A stretch of 20,000 bases of DNA. It comes from an uncultured virus (IMG/VR IMGVR_UViG_3300032135_000002) (taxonomy: Duplodnaviria > Heunggongvirae > Uroviricota > Caudoviricetes). The stretch lies in the IMG/VR virus record IMGVR_UViG_3300032135_000002. The stretch is one strand, 5' to 3'. Both the position numbers and the translations under genes were made by a program. Each line of letters starts with the position of its first letter. Position 1 is the first letter of the stretch. Below are positions 18,216 through 20,000 of this stretch, one piece after another. The notes beneath the pieces are model-generated. The model saw only the letters and a program-made list of their open reading frames with translations, had not been told where the DNA came from and did no database searches.

Positions 18216-18249
18216 ACGCAGGCAAAACCCACTGTACGGAGAGCACAAG

Positions 18250-18585
18250 ATGAGAGCACTTTCGGTATTTAGCATATTCATGTTGGCGCTGACAATCGCC
18301 GCCTGCGCCGCTGCTCCACAGACACCCAAGCAAACCATGGCGGCAACCTACGTGGCGATTGAAACACTGGCGGACACCGCCCTGCTGGCGTTTGAGTCCG
18401 GCGACATTGACCGAGACACCACGACACGTATCTACAAGAAGCTGCAGGAGGCGAAAACCTACGTCGACCTGAGCGCTGTGCTGGAAGGTAGCACCCTGAC
18501 AGACGGGGACCGATCCCGCTTGGAGCTGGTGCGCGACCTGCTTGTAGAAGTGGAAGCCATGATTAGGGAGAACGCTAATGAGTAG
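18250..18585 (+). CDS. Lipoprotein (possible spanin-like or superinfection-exclusion protein), 111 aa
   Basis: MRALSVFSIFMLALTIAA-C: basic residue, hydrophobic core and lipobox IAAC (Cys19). The mature part is helical. SD GGAG upstream. Confidence 0.8.
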   Translation: MRALSVFSIFMLALTIAACAAAPQTPKQTMAATYVAIETLADTALLAFESGDIDRDTTTRIYKKLQEAKTYVDLSAVLEGSTLTDGDRSRLELVRDLLVEVEAMIRENANE

Positions 18586-18778
18586 CACCGTAACGACTTT
18601 AATGGTCCTCTCGCAGGCGGTCACCCTGCTGAACGCTGCGGTATTATTGGCAGGCAACAGCGAAAAGTACCGCGCACTGGTGGCCAATGCCGTGGCCGAG
18701 GGTCGGGACATCACCGAGGGGGAGCTGGAGCGGCTCAGCGTCGACGCCCAGTCCGCTATCGACAAGCTGGCCCCGTGA
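18578..18778 (+). CDS. Small protein with a hydrophobic N-terminal helix, 66 aa
   Basis: SD GGGAG upstream; overlaps the lipoprotein stop. VTTLMVLSQAVTLLNAAVLLAG is followed by an acidic helix (EGRDITEGELERL). Confidence 0.7.
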   Translation: MSSTVTTLMVLSQAVTLLNAAVLLAGNSEKYRALVANAVAEGRDITEGELERLSVDAQSAIDKLAP

Positions 18779-19137
18779 GTAAGTTCAACGCCCTGCATAT
18801 ACAATACTTGGGTGCGGGCCGGTGGCTAGTCTTGGCGAGATTTGAGTACACACCGGGTGGAGGCCTGCCGGCAGTGCAGGTGCCGAAGGGTTTTGTCACT
18901 GACATAGACAGCGTACCCCGCATTCCGGGGGTCTACGCCCTGTACAAAGGGCACGCGACGTATTCTGCCGTGGTGCACGACTGGCTATATGAGCAGGGTA
19001 GGGGCAAAATAGCAGCTGACCGCACGTTCTTGGCGGCCATGAAGCACGAGGGGCTCCCAATCTGGCGCCGCTGGCCCATATTTCTGGGCGTCGCCATCTT
19101 CGGATGGCTCATCTACAAGGAGAAATCAGGATGCTGA
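18775..19137 (+). CDS. DUF1353 family protein, 120 aa
   Basis: VPKGFVTDIDSVPR...YSAVVHDWLY...ADRTFLAAM...V..FG matches the DUF1353 signature. GTGA coupling to the upstream gene. Confidence 0.85.
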   Translation: MSKFNALHIQYLGAGRWLVLARFEYTPGGGLPAVQVPKGFVTDIDSVPRIPGVYALYKGHATYSAVVHDWLYEQGRGKIAADRTFLAAMKHEGLPIWRRWPIFLGVAIFGWLIYKEKSGC

Positions 19138-19571
19138 AGCAACTACTGGCTATGAGCCTACTACTGGCGCTGTCTACCGCGGCTTTTGGAGGCGAGGCGC
19201 CTGCCAATCTGAGTTGGGTAGCCCCAGATACCCGAGAAGACGGCACTCCGCTGACGCTGGAAGAAATAAAAGAGTATCTGATTTATTACACTATCGACGG
19301 GCAGACGCCGGGTGACGGCTCCCCCATTGTCGTGAATGGCACGTTAGGTAGCCAAACGGTAACACTGGATCTGTTGCCTCGGGCCGCTCCGTATGTTGTA
19401 GGGTTTGCTATATCCACCGTGGATATGGATGGGCTCAAGTCGGTGCGATCTAATGTAGTTAGCAAGACCTTCAACATCGACAGCACAGCGAAACCTTCTG
19501 CACCGACTGACATTCAGTTTACGATTATCTGTGGTGCAGGCTGCACGATCACTGAAAAAGTAGGGCAGTGA
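19131..19571 (+). CDS. Signal-peptide protein with a fibronectin type III-like domain, 146 aa
   Basis: The better start is ATG 19131 (AAGGAG at 19117-19122) rather than 19104. MLKQLLAMSLLLALSTAAFG is a Sec-type signal. LSWVAPDTREDGTPL...EYLIYY...FAISTVDMDGLKSVRSN follows the FN3 pattern. Confidence 0.75.
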   Translation: MLKQLLAMSLLLALSTAAFGGEAPANLSWVAPDTREDGTPLTLEEIKEYLIYYTIDGQTPGDGSPIVVNGTLGSQTVTLDLLPRAAPYVVGFAISTVDMDGLKSVRSNVVSKTFNIDSTAKPSAPTDIQFTIICGAGCTITEKVGQ

Positions 19572-19870
19572 CATTGGTCAAATACTATCTTGTGCCAGTC
19601 ATTGAAGACCCAGAGCTGGGCGGCAAGATTCCAGACACCGCTGCGACATCGTGGACGGCTCGCTACCTGTCCGACACGGTTTGCCTGATTCGTGATCCAG
19701 ACGGCTCACAGAATTACCCGCCGTTGCTGGACAGCACACCGGTAGGGACTTTACCCCTAGAAGTGCAGCCAACCATGACACCCGACGAGATAGATATTGT
19801 GTACGCAAAGTGGGGCATAGAGCCTATGTCGTTATGGAGCATGTTGGATGACCGAGTGGGGGGCGTCTAA
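19568..19870 (+). CDS. Hypothetical protein, 100 aa
   Basis: GTGA overlap with the upstream stop and TAATG overlap with the downstream start. No motif recognised. Confidence 0.6.
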   Translation: MTLVKYYLVPVIEDPELGGKIPDTAATSWTARYLSDTVCLIRDPDGSQNYPPLLDSTPVGTLPLEVQPTMTPDEIDIVYAKWGIEPMSLWSMLDDRVGGV

Positions 19871-20000
19871 TGGCTCAGTTCTTTGAAGACTTCCGAGGTA
19901 AGACCCTCGACTCCACTCCACCGGAGTTTTCCGTTGCTTGGGAAGGGCCGCTCAGTCTGCTCGTAAAGGCAGGGAACCCGCTTGCCGGAAGCGCCAATCA
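19870..20000 (+). CDS. 3'-truncated hypothetical protein (MAQFFEDFRGKTLDSTPPEFSVAW...)
   Basis: ATG at 19870 within the TAATG overlap, preceded by GGGGG. The frame is open to the window end. Not listed in the ORF track. Confidence 0.6.
   Translation, partial: MAQFFEDFRGKTLDSTPPEFSVAWEGPLSLLVKAGNPLAGSAN

Noticed and set aside
19104..19130. ORF-track start at 19104 for the FN3 gene
   Set aside because: ATG 19131 has a well-spaced AAGGAG and gives a canonical signal peptide.

Overview
The window looks like part of the virion morphogenesis (late) region of a tailed dsDNA phage or prophage. It is GC-rich, with tightly packed and often overlapping genes all on the + strand, and probably has a Gram-negative host (inferred from a lipobox lipoprotein). 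From the left: three small tail-type proteins (1-1109), four larger structural or tail proteins (1120-7563) and a GT-A/GT2-like glycosyltransferase (7553-8173). Next is a 258-bp very AT-rich intergenic element with direct and inverted CCTAGCAA repeats, resembling a replication origin (8174-8431). It is followed by a 600-aa and a 2651-aa putative ejected internal virion protein; the larger is a polyvalent protein with an LPD23-like motif and two HExxH metallopeptidase modules. The window ends with an envelope-targeted cluster (lipoprotein, small hydrophobic protein, DUF1353 protein, signal-peptide FN3 protein) and further hypothetical genes running off the end. No capsid, terminase, portal, integrase, replication gene, endolysin, RNA gene or CRISPR array was recognised. 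All family calls are motif recognition by eye, not database searches.
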